A stretch of DNA of 64,000 nt. Origin: Bdellovibrionales bacterium. Lineage in GTDB: Bacteria; Bdellovibrionota; UBA1018. The translations under genes were made by a program, and so were the position numbers. Positions 34,376 to 44,011 of the stretch are shown here, piece by piece (the stretch's first letter is position 1; each line of letters opens with the position of its first letter). The stretch is taken from NCBI GenBank assembly GCA_016786465.1, contig JAEUWC010000019.1, forward strand, positions 25,905 to 89,904, given 5' to 3'. The notes below the pieces were generated by a model. The model was not told the origin of the DNA and searched no databases. It was given only the letters and a program-made list of their open reading frames with translations.

Positions 34376-35788
34376 ATGGGTAAATTATTTGGCACGGACG
34401 GAATCCGTGGAATGGCAAACCAGTATCCGATGACCGGCGAAGTCGCGATGGCCGTAGGCCGCGCAGTTGCGCATGTTCTTCAAAATTCACCTGAAATTCA
34501 GGGAAAAACTTCGGTTCCGGTTGGCCTAAAGGCCCTGGAATCCAAAAAACCCGTTCGACGATTGAAGATCGTCGTCGGCAAGGACACACGACTTTCCGGA
34601 TACATGATTGAAAATGCGCTTGCGTCTGGGATCTGTTCCATGGGGGCGGATTGCATTCTGATTGGGCCTGTTCCGACTCCGGGGGTTGCATTTGTCACGC
34701 AAAGCATGCGCGCGGATGCAGGCATCATGATTTCTGCGTCGCACAATCCTTTTCATGACAATGGCATCAAGATTTTTTCTGCCAACGGTTACAAACTTCC
34801 CGACGAACTTGAAGACCAGATTGAAAAGTTGGTCTTGGGCAATGAAATGGAAAAAGTCCGTCCCACTTCAGATTATGTCGGTAAAGCATTTCGAATCGAC
34901 GACGTCCACGGGCGTTACATCGTTTTCTTGAAGTCGCTTTTCCCCCAGGATTTAGACCTGATGGGGGTCCGCATCGCGCTGGACTGCGCGAACGGCGCTG
35001 CCTACAAGATCGCTCCATTAGTATTTGAAGAACTAGGCGCCGAAGTCATTCGTCGTGGTGTTTCGCCCAATGGCCTTAATATTAACGACAAATGCGGCGC
35101 GCTTCACCCGGAAGCGATTGCAGCCGCAGCCGTGGAATTTCGAGCCGATATTGGCATTTCACTAGATGGCGACGGGGATCGTTGTATTTTGTCGGATGAA
35201 AATGGCGAAATCGTCGATGGCGACCAGATTATTGGACTTTGTGCGCTTGAAATGAATCGCGAAGGCACGTTGAAGAAAAAGACCGTAGTGACCACGCCGA
35301 TGTCCAACATGGGTTTGGAAGTCACACTGAAAGAAAACGGAATTCAGATGGTTCGGGCGCAGGTGGGCGACCGTTACGTGGTCGAAACCATGCGAAAGAA
35401 CGGATACAACCTGGGTGGCGAACAATCCGGACACGTCGTATTCTTGGATCAGTCGACGACTGGCGACGGTATCGTTGCGGCATTAAAAGTCTTGGAATCC
35501 ATGCGAAGAACTGGAAAAAAGCTCAGCGAACTGAAAAAGCAGATCAAGCTTTTCCCTCAGGTTCGTGAAGACATCAAAGTTTCTAGAAAAGACCCGTTTG
35601 ATCAGTTCCCAGAAATTAAAAAACTGATTACTGAAGCTGAAAATGAATTGAAAGATCGAGGCCGTGTCTTCGTGCGCTATTCAGGTACTGAATCATTGGC
35701 GCGTGTGATGGTTGAAGGCGAAGAACTTTCGAATATTCAAAAGATTGCGAAGCGAATTGCTGGAAGCATTCAGAAACACTTGGGGTAG
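34376..35788 (+). CDS. glmM: Phosphoglucosamine mutase GlmM
   Basis: MGKLFGTDGIRG, the active-site Ser loop SASHNPFHDNGIKIF, GDGDRC Mg site, and EQSGH sugar-binding loop. Confidence 0.95.
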   Translation: MGKLFGTDGIRGMANQYPMTGEVAMAVGRAVAHVLQNSPEIQGKTSVPVGLKALESKKPVRRLKIVVGKDTRLSGYMIENALASGICSMGADCILIGPVPTPGVAFVTQSMRADAGIMISASHNPFHDNGIKIFSANGYKLPDELEDQIEKLVLGNEMEKVRPTSDYVGKAFRIDDVHGRYIVFLKSLFPQDLDLMGVRIALDCANGAAYKIAPLVFEELGAEVIRRGVSPNGLNINDKCGALHPEAIAAAAVEFRADIGISLDGDGDRCILSDENGEIVDGDQIIGLCALEMNREGTLKKKTVVTTPMSNMGLEVTLKENGIQMVRAQVGDRYVVETMRKNGYNLGGEQSGHVVFLDQSTTGDGIVAALKVLESMRRTGKKLSELKKQIKLFPQVREDIKVSRKDPFDQFPEIKKLITEAENELKDRGRVFVRYSGTESLARVMVEGEELSNIQKIAKRIAGSIQKHLG

Positions 35789-35793
35789 CGAAA

Positions 35794-36582
35794 ATGTCGC
35801 GTTCCGGTTCAAGCTTTCCCGCTGCATCCCGACTGGGTGTGAACATCGATCACGTGGCGACACTTCGTCAGCTTCGGGGAACGCCTTATCCATCCTTGGT
35901 TGAAGCCGCGCGAATCGTCGAAACGGCAGGCGGCGAACAGATCACGATTCATCTTCGTGAAGATCGTCGCCATATCCAGGATCAGGACGTCGTTGATTTG
36001 CGAAAGTCACTGAAAGTCATGATGAATCTTGAAATGGCAGCGACCGACGCCATGGTGAAAATCGCGACCAAAATCAAGCCAGAATGGGTTTGCCTGGTTC
36101 CTGAAAAACGCACCGAAGTGACGACTGAAGGCGGTTTGGACTTAAAAAAGAACCGTTCCCGGATGGCAAAGACGATCGAAAAACTGAAAAAGGCCAAGAT
36201 CAAAGTCAGCCTTTTCGTCGAACCCACGGTTTCGGTGGTCACCCAAAGTCATGATTTAGGTGCAGATGCGGTTGAATTGCACACAGGGCAGTACTGCCTG
36301 GCGACGCAGGGGGCATTGGGAAAAAAGTCAGCATCCCGGGTGAAACCCGAATTTGAAAGAATTGAAAAAGCCGCGCGTCATGGAGTCCAGCTTGGGCTTC
36401 ATGTTCATGCAGGCCACGGCTTTGACTATGAAAACGTCCGGTCTGTTGCTGCGCTGGAACGATCCGATCGATCGGCCCTGATTGAAGAATTCAATATCGG
36501 ACATGCCATCGTCTGCCGCGCCGCCCTTGTAGGAATGGAGCGGGCTGTGCGAGAAATGATAGCGTCGATTCGTGCCCCCTAA
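35794..36582 (+). CDS. pdxJ: Pyridoxine 5'-phosphate synthase PdxJ
   Basis: LGVNIDHVATLRQLRG..PYPSLVEAA...ITIHLREDRRHI (PdxJ TIM-barrel motifs). Confidence 0.9.
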   Translation: MSRSGSSFPAASRLGVNIDHVATLRQLRGTPYPSLVEAARIVETAGGEQITIHLREDRRHIQDQDVVDLRKSLKVMMNLEMAATDAMVKIATKIKPEWVCLVPEKRTEVTTEGGLDLKKNRSRMAKTIEKLKKAKIKVSLFVEPTVSVVTQSHDLGADAVELHTGQYCLATQGALGKKSASRVKPEFERIEKAARHGVQLGLHVHAGHGFDYENVRSVAALERSDRSALIEEFNIGHAIVCRAALVGMERAVREMIASIRAP

Positions 36583-36642
36583 TGACTCGCGTATTTCGGA
36601 TCGGCCCAGCCGAAATGGGCTTGGCCTGTTAAAAGGAAAACT

Positions 36643-38280
36643 ATGACTCACGTTCCTCAGCCTGTCCTTGGAAATAATACTCATTCGCCCCTGCGAATTT
36701 GCACAGCCAATGAAATGCGCAATTTGGACGAAGTCGCTGAAAAAGAATTCAAGATTGAACCCAGCAATCTGATGGAAAACGCAGGGCGTGCGGCCGTACA
36801 GATTCTTTTGGATCGATTCCCAATGGCGGGGGTGAATAATGAAATTTTGGTTTTTGCCGGAAAAGGGAATAACGCGGGTGATGCTTTTGTTGTTGCCCGC
36901 CGGTTGATTTGCTTGGAAAGGCGAGTCCGGGTCTTTCACTTGGAAACAGAAGAAAAGTACACGGGGGCCACGCGCAAAAATTTTGAAATTTTGCGGCATT
37001 TGAAAGCAAAAATGGCCTACATCGAACAGGCTACCGATTTGGAATCCTTTTTCCGCAGCAGTTCAGGTCCTTATATTGTCGTCGACGGGATTTTGGGCAC
37101 GGGTCTCAAGGGTGATCTGGACGGCGTGTTTTTCGACATGGTCGAAGTGATCAATAAGCTCAATGCCCTTGAAGTACTTTCCTTGGATATTCCCACTGGT
37201 GTCAGTGGGGATACGGGCCAAATCCACGGCGCCGCGGTCCAAGCCACGGTCACCGTTTCGTTTGGTTTTCCAAAAATTGGGCATTTTCTTCCACCGGGTG
37301 CAGGAAAGCGCGGCGAACTTTTCAATGTCGATATTTCATTGCCCCCTCGGTTTCGTCGCGAAGGCGACAAATTTCTTCTGACCCGTTCGCCCTTGATTTC
37401 GTTGGTGAAAGAGCGTGATCGATACGGCCACAAGAATTCGTTTGGCCACACGCTTTTGATCGGTGGAAGCAAGGGGCGTATCGGCGCAGTCGCAATGGCC
37501 GCGCGCGCCTGCCACAAGATGGGCACAGGCCTGGTAACGGCCGGCACTTGGAATCACTGCTTTGAAACGCTTCAAACGAAGCTTCCCAACGAAACGATGG
37601 GATTGTCGCTGGCCGATTATGAAAACGTCAGTCCAGACTTCCTGATGCGCGAATTGACCCATTATTCCAGCGTGGTCATTGGCCCAGGGTTAGGAAAAAA
37701 GAAGGAAGCAAAGCGGGTCTTAGAAGAATTGATTCGGCACTACCGCGGGCCTATGGTTCTGGACGCAGACGCATTGAACGTCCTTGCCGAACATCAAATG
37801 CATTCGCTTTTAGCAGGACGTCGATCCCCGACCATTTTGACTCCGCATCCGGGTGAAATGGCTCGAATTTTGGGAATCACCCGCGAACAAGTGGTCGCAG
37901 ATCCCACGGTGGCTTTGCGTGAAGCCGTAAAAAGAACCCATTCGATTGTGTTATTAAAGGGTGCCGCAACTTTGATTTCTTCGCCTGATGATCGAATTTA
38001 TCTGAATCATTATCCGAACGACGGGATGGCCACAGCCGGAAGCGGAGACGTCCTAGCAGGAATGATTGGCGGTTTAGCAGGGCAGGGAATTGATCCCTTC
38101 CAAGCGACTTTGCTGGGGGTCTACCTTCATAGTCTTGCAGGTGACCTGGCTGCCAAGCAGTTTGGACATCGCAGTATGACAGCCCCGGATATCATCGAGA
38201 ACATTGGTAATGCCTTCAAAGAAATCAAAGGAAGCACAGAATCGGCCGTTCCTGTGGAACACCGAGTCCGATTGCTCTGA
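36643..38280 (+). CDS. nnr: Bifunctional NAD(P)H-hydrate repair enzyme Nnr (YjeF-N epimerase plus C-terminal ADP-dependent dehydratase)
   Basis: N-domain ILVFAGKGNNAGDAFVVARRL. C-domain HTLLIGGSKGRIGAVAMAARA...GSGDVLAGMIGGLAGQG. Confidence 0.85.
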   Translation: MTHVPQPVLGNNTHSPLRICTANEMRNLDEVAEKEFKIEPSNLMENAGRAAVQILLDRFPMAGVNNEILVFAGKGNNAGDAFVVARRLICLERRVRVFHLETEEKYTGATRKNFEILRHLKAKMAYIEQATDLESFFRSSSGPYIVVDGILGTGLKGDLDGVFFDMVEVINKLNALEVLSLDIPTGVSGDTGQIHGAAVQATVTVSFGFPKIGHFLPPGAGKRGELFNVDISLPPRFRREGDKFLLTRSPLISLVKERDRYGHKNSFGHTLLIGGSKGRIGAVAMAARACHKMGTGLVTAGTWNHCFETLQTKLPNETMGLSLADYENVSPDFLMRELTHYSSVVIGPGLGKKKEAKRVLEELIRHYRGPMVLDADALNVLAEHQMHSLLAGRRSPTILTPHPGEMARILGITREQVVADPTVALREAVKRTHSIVLLKGAATLISSPDDRIYLNHYPNDGMATAGSGDVLAGMIGGLAGQGIDPFQATLLGVYLHSLAGDLAAKQFGHRSMTAPDIIENIGNAFKEIKGSTESAVPVEHRVRLL

Positions 38281-38728
38281 AAAACGCCTGACCGAAATTG
38301 CCGGAAAGCTGGCCTTGGACCTAAAGCCGTCGGATCGCGTGATCTTGGACGGAGAAATGGGAGCAGGGAAGTCGACTTTTGCGAGGGCACTGCTTCAAGC
38401 TTTGGGTTTTGAATTGACGGCTGAAGGTAGCCCTTCATTTGCAATCGCCCACGAATACCAAAGGAAGGATCAAGCTCAGGCGATCCACATGGACTTGTAT
38501 CGTCTTGAAAGTGAAGAAGACCTATTCGCTGCCGGAACTGAAGAAATGATCTGGAAGTCGAATGCTTGGGTGCTAACTGAATGGCTTTCCAAGTTTCCGA
38601 CGACCCAAAAACGCCTTTTCGGGTCCAAAAATTTGGGTTTTCGAGTTTGGTGGGTAAAAATTATTTTTTCTGAGAGCCGCTCTGAGAGCCCCGAGACCCG
38701 AAATATTCGAATCGAGCGACTTGGGTAA
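38204..38728 (+). CDS. tsaE: tRNA t6A37 threonylcarbamoyladenosine biosynthesis protein TsaE (YjeE-type P-loop ATPase); the real start is probably near 38280-38290
   Basis: RVILDGEMGAGKSTFARALLQALG (Walker A in the TsaE context). The annotated ATG overlaps nnr by 77 nt, so the 5' end is uncertain. Confidence 0.7.
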   Translation: MVMPSKKSKEAQNRPFLWNTESDCSEKRLTEIAGKLALDLKPSDRVILDGEMGAGKSTFARALLQALGFELTAEGSPSFAIAHEYQRKDQAQAIHMDLYRLESEEDLFAAGTEEMIWKSNAWVLTEWLSKFPTTQKRLFGSKNLGFRVWWVKIIFSESRSESPETRNIRIERLG

Positions 38729-38889
38729 CTTACTGAAATACCAGGACTTTTATCTGATCTTGTTTCTCGGAAAAAATCCCATCTGATTCAGAGAACCCAT
38801 GTGACTTGGTCAGGAATAGTAGTTGACGCACTAGATCCAGCATGATACGCCCCAGTGCAGGAATGTGAGAGGGAAAGGGAAAGAAAACT

Positions 38890-39417
38890 ATGCGTTTAAC
38901 TTCTAAAGGGCGGTACGCCGTCCGAGCAATTCTGGATCTGACTTTCAATTCGAACGGACGTCCCGTTCGTTTGCAGGAAATTTCCGAGCGTCAAAAAATC
39001 TCGCTCCACTACTTGGAGCAACTATTCCGTCGGCTTCGTAAAGGAACCGTCGTGAAGAGCGTCCGCGGCCCTGGTGGCGGCTATGTGCTGTCCCGGTCGA
39101 TGGATGAAATTTCGATCAAAGACGTTCTTGTCAGCGTTGGCGAAAACATCAACCCAGCTCGTGACCTAGTTGGATCGACCGACATCAAGAGCGACACGGT
39201 TGAGTTCCTGTTGACGAAGACCTACTTCGAAAACTTGGGACTGATCATGCAGGAATACCTGACCACGACTTCAGTCGGCGATTTGATTCGCAAGGCTCGT
39301 GGAACTCAGGAACTTCCGAAATCGGCATCGAGTCTTCTGGACTCGGCAGGCTTCAGCATCTCAGCACCTTCTTCTCAAGTAACGCCGAATGCAGGAAAAC
39401 CGCGCGATCTTTCTTGA
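38890..39417 (+). CDS. Rrf2-family transcriptional regulator lacking the three Fe-S ligand cysteines (CymR-like rather than IscR-like)
   Basis: MRLTSKGRYAVRAILDL...ISLHYLEQLFRRLRKGTVVKSVRGPGGGYVLSR is an Rrf2 wHTH. There is no Cys in the region where IscR/NsrR carry their cluster ligands. Confidence 0.75.
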   Translation: MRLTSKGRYAVRAILDLTFNSNGRPVRLQEISERQKISLHYLEQLFRRLRKGTVVKSVRGPGGGYVLSRSMDEISIKDVLVSVGENINPARDLVGSTDIKSDTVEFLLTKTYFENLGLIMQEYLTTTSVGDLIRKARGTQELPKSASSLLDSAGFSISAPSSQVTPNAGKPRDLS

Positions 39418-40606
39418 TGTGAACGCGGGCGCTCCGCTTCACCCTGAAGCTCACCGCGCCTTGCTTCCATTAGTCTCTCCATCTTCTGACGATCGGGCAC
39501 TGGGGAATCCCTCCAGTGCCCATCGGTCAGGCCGTCGCGCTCATTCTTTATTGGACCAAGCCCGGTCCAACATTGCGTTTGCTTTAGGCGCAAAACCTTC
39601 GGAAATCATTTTTACTTCCTCCGGATCCGAAGCCATTCAGCTTGGGTCTCGCATCCTATTTGAAAATGCGATTCTTTCGGGAAAGAAACTGCATTGGATC
39701 ACGACCAAAGTCGAACACAACGCCACGCTTGAACTTTGCGACTGGGTGACTTCAAACGGTGGAAGGGTCGACTTTATTCCGCTTAGGCCAGATGGATCGC
39801 CCGACGCTTCTGCCTTGGAAAAATTAGCCACCCCGGAAACGACATTGGTCAGTCTGATTTGGGTTAACAATGAAACAGGGATTATTAGCCCTGTAGAAGA
39901 CGCATTGAAGATCCTGAAAACCAAAGCAGTGCCGCTATTTTTGGATGGCGCCCAGGCTTGGGGAAAGATTCCATTTAAGCTTTCGAATTACGCCGGTGTC
40001 GCGGGCGCCGCATTTTCAGCCCATAAGATTGGTGGCCTAGCAGGGACTGGAATTCTTTGGATTTCACCCAGCGGCGAAATCCAAAAAGCCAAGAAGTGCC
40101 TTGAATCTTCCAAGTGTCCCGCCGGCACTGTTTTGGGTCGGCAAGAACGGGGCTTTCGCGGCGGTACGGAAAACCTGGCTGGAATTTTGGCGGCGGGCGG
40201 CGCTGCCAAGGCGTTGTACGATTCTATTGAATCGGGCGAATGGTCAAAGAAACAAGAACTTCTTTCTGCCTGTCGCAATCGCCTTCAGGACCGACTGCTA
40301 CAGGAAATTCCGGGGTCGAAGGTGCAGGGGATCAAGGCACCTCGAAACGCGAATACCTTAAATATTACATTTCCGGGTGGATCCAACTGGGTTGAAAACC
40401 TGGATCTGGAAAACATTGCTGTCAGCGCAGGCTCGGCATGTTCTAGTGGCGTGACTCGTCCTTCCCACGTCTTGACTGCCATGGGACTGACCGTCGATCA
40501 GGCGTCTGCGACTATTCGAATTTCACTTTCAGACCCCCTTTCTGACGCGGATTTGGAATTTGTGGTGGGTCGAATTGCGAAAGTCTACTCGCGGGTTCGC
40601 ACTTAG
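39389..40606 (+). CDS. Class V aminotransferase-fold cysteine desulfurase (NifS/YrvO-like)
   Basis: PLP-Lys motif SAHKIGGLAGTGILWI and the active-site Cys loop SAGSACSSG. Lies between the Rrf2 gene and the mnmA-like gene, as in the Bacillus cymR-yrvO-mnmA arrangement. Confidence 0.8.
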   Translation: MQENRAIFLDVNAGAPLHPEAHRALLPLVSPSSDDRALGNPSSAHRSGRRAHSLLDQARSNIAFALGAKPSEIIFTSSGSEAIQLGSRILFENAILSGKKLHWITTKVEHNATLELCDWVTSNGGRVDFIPLRPDGSPDASALEKLATPETTLVSLIWVNNETGIISPVEDALKILKTKAVPLFLDGAQAWGKIPFKLSNYAGVAGAAFSAHKIGGLAGTGILWISPSGEIQKAKKCLESSKCPAGTVLGRQERGFRGGTENLAGILAAGGAAKALYDSIESGEWSKKQELLSACRNRLQDRLLQEIPGSKVQGIKAPRNANTLNITFPGGSNWVENLDLENIAVSAGSACSSGVTRPSHVLTAMGLTVDQASATIRISLSDPLSDADLEFVVGRIAKVYSRVRT

Positions 40607-40623
40607 CAGGCTAGACTTAAATC

Positions 40624-41820
40624 ATGGTTTCCTCGTCGCCCACATTTCAAAAGCCCGGGATCAAAGCGCCTGGCCAGAAAGTGCTGGTTGCGTTCAGCGG
40701 AAAACTGACCCGGGGCGATAGCCTTTTGGTAGCGGCGCTTTTGAAAAGCCAGGGCTACTGGGTCACTGCGTACCACCTTCGCTACGGAAAATGGGCAGAT
40801 AGCCCTGAACCCGACTTTCCGAAAATGGAGTGCCTTTCGGAAATACCGCAAGACGCAGTAAAGAAACTTTGCGATGCGCTGGAAATCCCATTGATCGTCG
40901 ACAATGTTCAGGATGAATTTTCCGAAAAAGTTTTGGATCGGATGATCCACGAAGCGATGGGCAGTCGGCAGGCTAGGCCCTGTGTCTGGTGCCACCAAGA
41001 AATTCGATTGCCGCGTCTTTTGAAAAAAGCCGACGAACTTGGAATCGAAAAAGTGGCGACCGGGCATCACGCCCAGATTTCTAGCGATATCACGGGGAAA
41101 AGCCATCGTTTGAAGCGATCCGTGAATCGAAATCTGGATCAGACGTCGGAACTTTTTCAACTTTCACAAGTTCAGCTTTCGCGCTTGATTTTGCCCTTGG
41201 GTGCAATTGCGCAACCGATGCTCGCCCGGCTTTCTCAAGAACTGAATTTGGGAAAAGTCACAGGCAATCGAGGTGAAAAAGACGCTTCTGCCTATCAAGT
41301 CACTCCAGAATGCATGACCGGTGATTCTCGATTCTTTAAATACGTCGAAGGGAAGACGGCTCCTAGTTTAAGGAACCCTGGCGTGATCCGGGGAATCGAC
41401 GGGTCAGTTTTGGGGGAACATTTCGGAACCTATCAATTCCGCGTGGGTGACCCTTTGCCGGGCGTGATTTTGGTTCAGGGCCAGGCCTTTGTCATTGGAA
41501 TTGACCATGCCTTGAATGCCGTTTTGGCCGGCCCGATCGAGGCATTGAAAACTTCAGAAATCTTGGTTCAAGACGTGCGATGGGTGGTCCCCGTGGGTGG
41601 ACTGGGTTCGCAACCTTGTTTGGTTTATTCGCCCCCTACGGGCGCTGACAAGGTGCCCATGGTTCCGCAGCCCGCTGAATTTGTGACGTTTGAAAACGGC
41701 GCCGCGCGGGTTTTTCTAAAGACACCCAGCCCAGATTTCACGCCGGGAAGACCTATACTCTTTTACGATGGAGATGAAGTCTTAGGCGGCGGCTTGGTCG
41801 ACAGAATTCACGGGTTTTGA
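40624..41820 (+). CDS. mnmA: MnmA-like tRNA 2-thiouridine(34) synthase with an atypical PP-loop
   Basis: RPCVWCHQEIRL matches the MnmA NPD..CNKEIKF Cys region, and KVATGHHAQ matches YVATGHYA. The C-terminus is MnmA-like. The PP-loop reads AFSGKLTRGDS instead of SGGVDSS (3-residue insertion). Confidence 0.55.
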   Translation: MVSSSPTFQKPGIKAPGQKVLVAFSGKLTRGDSLLVAALLKSQGYWVTAYHLRYGKWADSPEPDFPKMECLSEIPQDAVKKLCDALEIPLIVDNVQDEFSEKVLDRMIHEAMGSRQARPCVWCHQEIRLPRLLKKADELGIEKVATGHHAQISSDITGKSHRLKRSVNRNLDQTSELFQLSQVQLSRLILPLGAIAQPMLARLSQELNLGKVTGNRGEKDASAYQVTPECMTGDSRFFKYVEGKTAPSLRNPGVIRGIDGSVLGEHFGTYQFRVGDPLPGVILVQGQAFVIGIDHALNAVLAGPIEALKTSEILVQDVRWVVPVGGLGSQPCLVYSPPTGADKVPMVPQPAEFVTFENGAARVFLKTPSPDFTPGRPILFYDGDEVLGGGLVDRIHGF

Positions 41821-41839
41821 TAGGGGTTTTGGACTTTCT

Positions 41840-43267
41840 ATGAAGTTTGTCGTCAAAACCCTGGGTTGCAAAGCCAATCTTACGGATAGCCAAATGATCG
41901 AAGCCGAATTGCTAGGTCGCGGTTGGCGCGCGGCCGCTGAAACTGACGGGCGCACAGAATCGGATGTCGATCTTTGCATCGTGAATTCCTGCACAGTGAC
42001 GGACGAAGCCGATCGGCAAAGTCGCAAAATGGCTTCGCGACTGGGACGCGATTACCCAAATGCCAAAATCGTGATCACGGGTTGTTCGGCTGAAGTAGAC
42101 CCTGAACGGCTCAAAAATTCCAAAGGCATTCATTACGTGGTCGGCAACCGCGACAAACCTAAGTTGGTGGATTTGGTTTTAAATACTCCGCAACAAAGGG
42201 CCAAAGCAGAAGTCCTAGGTGAAGCGACAGGTTATACAGAAATGCTTTCACGTCACCCGATGGACCGCGAATGGCCGATGCCATCCAGTGATGCGTTACC
42301 TGACCCGGAAGAAGGTGCGTCGGCCAGAACCCGGGCTTTCATCAAGATTCAAGACGGATGCAATTCGTTTTGCACCTACTGCGTGATTCCGTATGGACGC
42401 GGCCCCAGTCGCAGTCTGAAAATTGAAGAAGTGGTTCAGCAAGTCAAAGGCTTGGTCTTGGCCGGCTACCGCGAAGCCGTGATCACTGGAATCAATATTG
42501 GCGACTATGGGATGGATTGGTCCGGATCACTTCAGATTGAAGCCTTGGTACGGGCGATTCTAAAGGAAACCCATTTAGAAAGAATCCGTATCAGTTCGTT
42601 AGATCCGACTGAAATTACGCCAGGCTTATTGGCTTTGATGGAAGAAGAACGTCGGCTTTGTCCCCACTTTCATGTTTCGCTGCAAAGCCCTCATTCCAAG
42701 ATCCTTCGCCTGATGAAGCGAAAGTACGCCTGGGAACAGGTCGAACAGAAACTGGGTCAGATCGAAAAGTTAGGCCGCCGTTTGAAAGAAAAAGGCGTGC
42801 CCGGCGGCGTCTTTGTGGGAATGGACCTAATCACGGGTTTTCCCGGCGAAACGGAAGAAGATTTTGAAGCGACCGTCCAGCTTTTGAAGGGGCTGTATTG
42901 GTCCAGGCTTCACGTCTTTCCGTACAGCGAAAGGGCAGGAACACCGGCAACCCGTTTGCCAGGAAAAGTCAGCCCCGAAGAAAAGGCCCGTCGTGCAGCG
43001 ATCCTGCGCCAACTGAGCTTTGAAAGGCTTCAAGCCCATATGGGAACGCCGGATTCCAAGACCTGGGTTTCTGGGGTCCTTTTAGAAGGTCTGGTTCGTG
43101 GTCCAGATGGCAGTAAGAACTGGCTTTCTGGCTACAGCCCTAGCTATCAGCGCTTTTTGGTTCCAGCCCGGGCTGATTGGTCAAACCGGGTTGTGAACCT
43201 GCGTCCAGAACGGATTTACAGCGATGCTGGCAGCGGCGATGTGTCTTATGTATCTGAAATTCAATAG
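41840..43267 (+). CDS. MiaB/RimO/MtaB-family radical-SAM methylthiotransferase
   Basis: MTTase N-domain MKFVVKTLGCKANLTDSQ..CIVNSCTVTDEA, radical-SAM CNSFCTYCVIPYGRG, and a C-terminal TRAM-like domain. Confidence 0.75.
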   Translation: MKFVVKTLGCKANLTDSQMIEAELLGRGWRAAAETDGRTESDVDLCIVNSCTVTDEADRQSRKMASRLGRDYPNAKIVITGCSAEVDPERLKNSKGIHYVVGNRDKPKLVDLVLNTPQQRAKAEVLGEATGYTEMLSRHPMDREWPMPSSDALPDPEEGASARTRAFIKIQDGCNSFCTYCVIPYGRGPSRSLKIEEVVQQVKGLVLAGYREAVITGINIGDYGMDWSGSLQIEALVRAILKETHLERIRISSLDPTEITPGLLALMEEERRLCPHFHVSLQSPHSKILRLMKRKYAWEQVEQKLGQIEKLGRRLKEKGVPGGVFVGMDLITGFPGETEEDFEATVQLLKGLYWSRLHVFPYSERAGTPATRLPGKVSPEEKARRAAILRQLSFERLQAHMGTPDSKTWVSGVLLEGLVRGPDGSKNWLSGYSPSYQRFLVPARADWSNRVVNLRPERIYSDAGSGDVSYVSEIQ

Positions 43268-43310
43268 AATTGACACGCTGTATCACCTAAGCTAGACCCG
43301 AGCTTTCGTT

Positions 43311-44003
43311 ATGGGTCTTGAGCAACTACAGGAAAAATTGGGGTACTTTTTTAGCGATCGCGGGATTTTCCTGCAGTCGCTGACCCATACATCGTTCGGC
43401 CACGAACACCTTCAAGACAAACCCGTCGCGCTTCGGGACAACGAACGCCTAGAATTCTTGGGCGATGCGATTCTAGACGTCATCGTTTCAGACATTCTTT
43501 TGGAAGCGTACCCAAATGCGAACGAAGGTCAGCTTTCCAAAATGCGAGCAGCGATGGTGAATGAAAAGACCCTGGCCATCGTTGCACAAAGTATTGGCCT
43601 TCACGAAGTCGTTCGTCTGGGAAAAGGCGAAGTCCAAACCGGGGGAAGCACAAAGCCCTCGATTCTTTCGTCCACCTTGGAAGCCCTGATTGCTGCTATT
43701 TATCTGGATGGGGGCTTCAATGCGGTCTATCCCGTTCTTCGGCACCTTTTCGCCCCGCTTTTTCAAGACGATCAGGGCCTGATTTCCTTATACGATCACA
43801 AGACCCAGCTTCAGGAACTGGTCCAGGCGCGCCACCGCGTGACGCCGACTTATCACCTGGTTCAAACCAAGGGTCCTGACCACGCGAAAATTTTTGAAGT
43901 TGAAGTCAAGATGCAGGGAAAAACTTTGGCTGTCGCATCGGGATCATCAAAAAAAGAAGCAGAACAAAACGCAGCAAGGGTTGCAATCCAGGCATTGGGG
44001 TAA
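43311..44003 (+). CDS. rnc: Ribonuclease III
   Basis: RNase III signature ERLEFLGDAILD plus a C-terminal dsRBD (...GPDHAKIFEVEV...GSSKKEAEQNAARVAIQAL). Confidence 0.95.
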   Translation: MGLEQLQEKLGYFFSDRGIFLQSLTHTSFGHEHLQDKPVALRDNERLEFLGDAILDVIVSDILLEAYPNANEGQLSKMRAAMVNEKTLAIVAQSIGLHEVVRLGKGEVQTGGSTKPSILSSTLEALIAAIYLDGGFNAVYPVLRHLFAPLFQDDQGLISLYDHKTQLQELVQARHRVTPTYHLVQTKGPDHAKIFEVEVKMQGKTLAVASGSSKKEAEQNAARVAIQALG

Positions 44004-44011
44004 AAAAGTAA

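Noticed and set aside
36328-36999. 223-aa minus-strand ORF spanning the pdxJ-nnr junction
   Set aside because: It is antisense to two confidently identified genes, has no motifs, and would require both conserved genes to be wrong.
38760-38870. Possible operator (TAGT...ACTA short inverted repeat) upstream of the Rrf2 gene
   Set aside because: The arms are only 4 nt long. It cannot be distinguished from chance without a known consensus or a comparative alignment.
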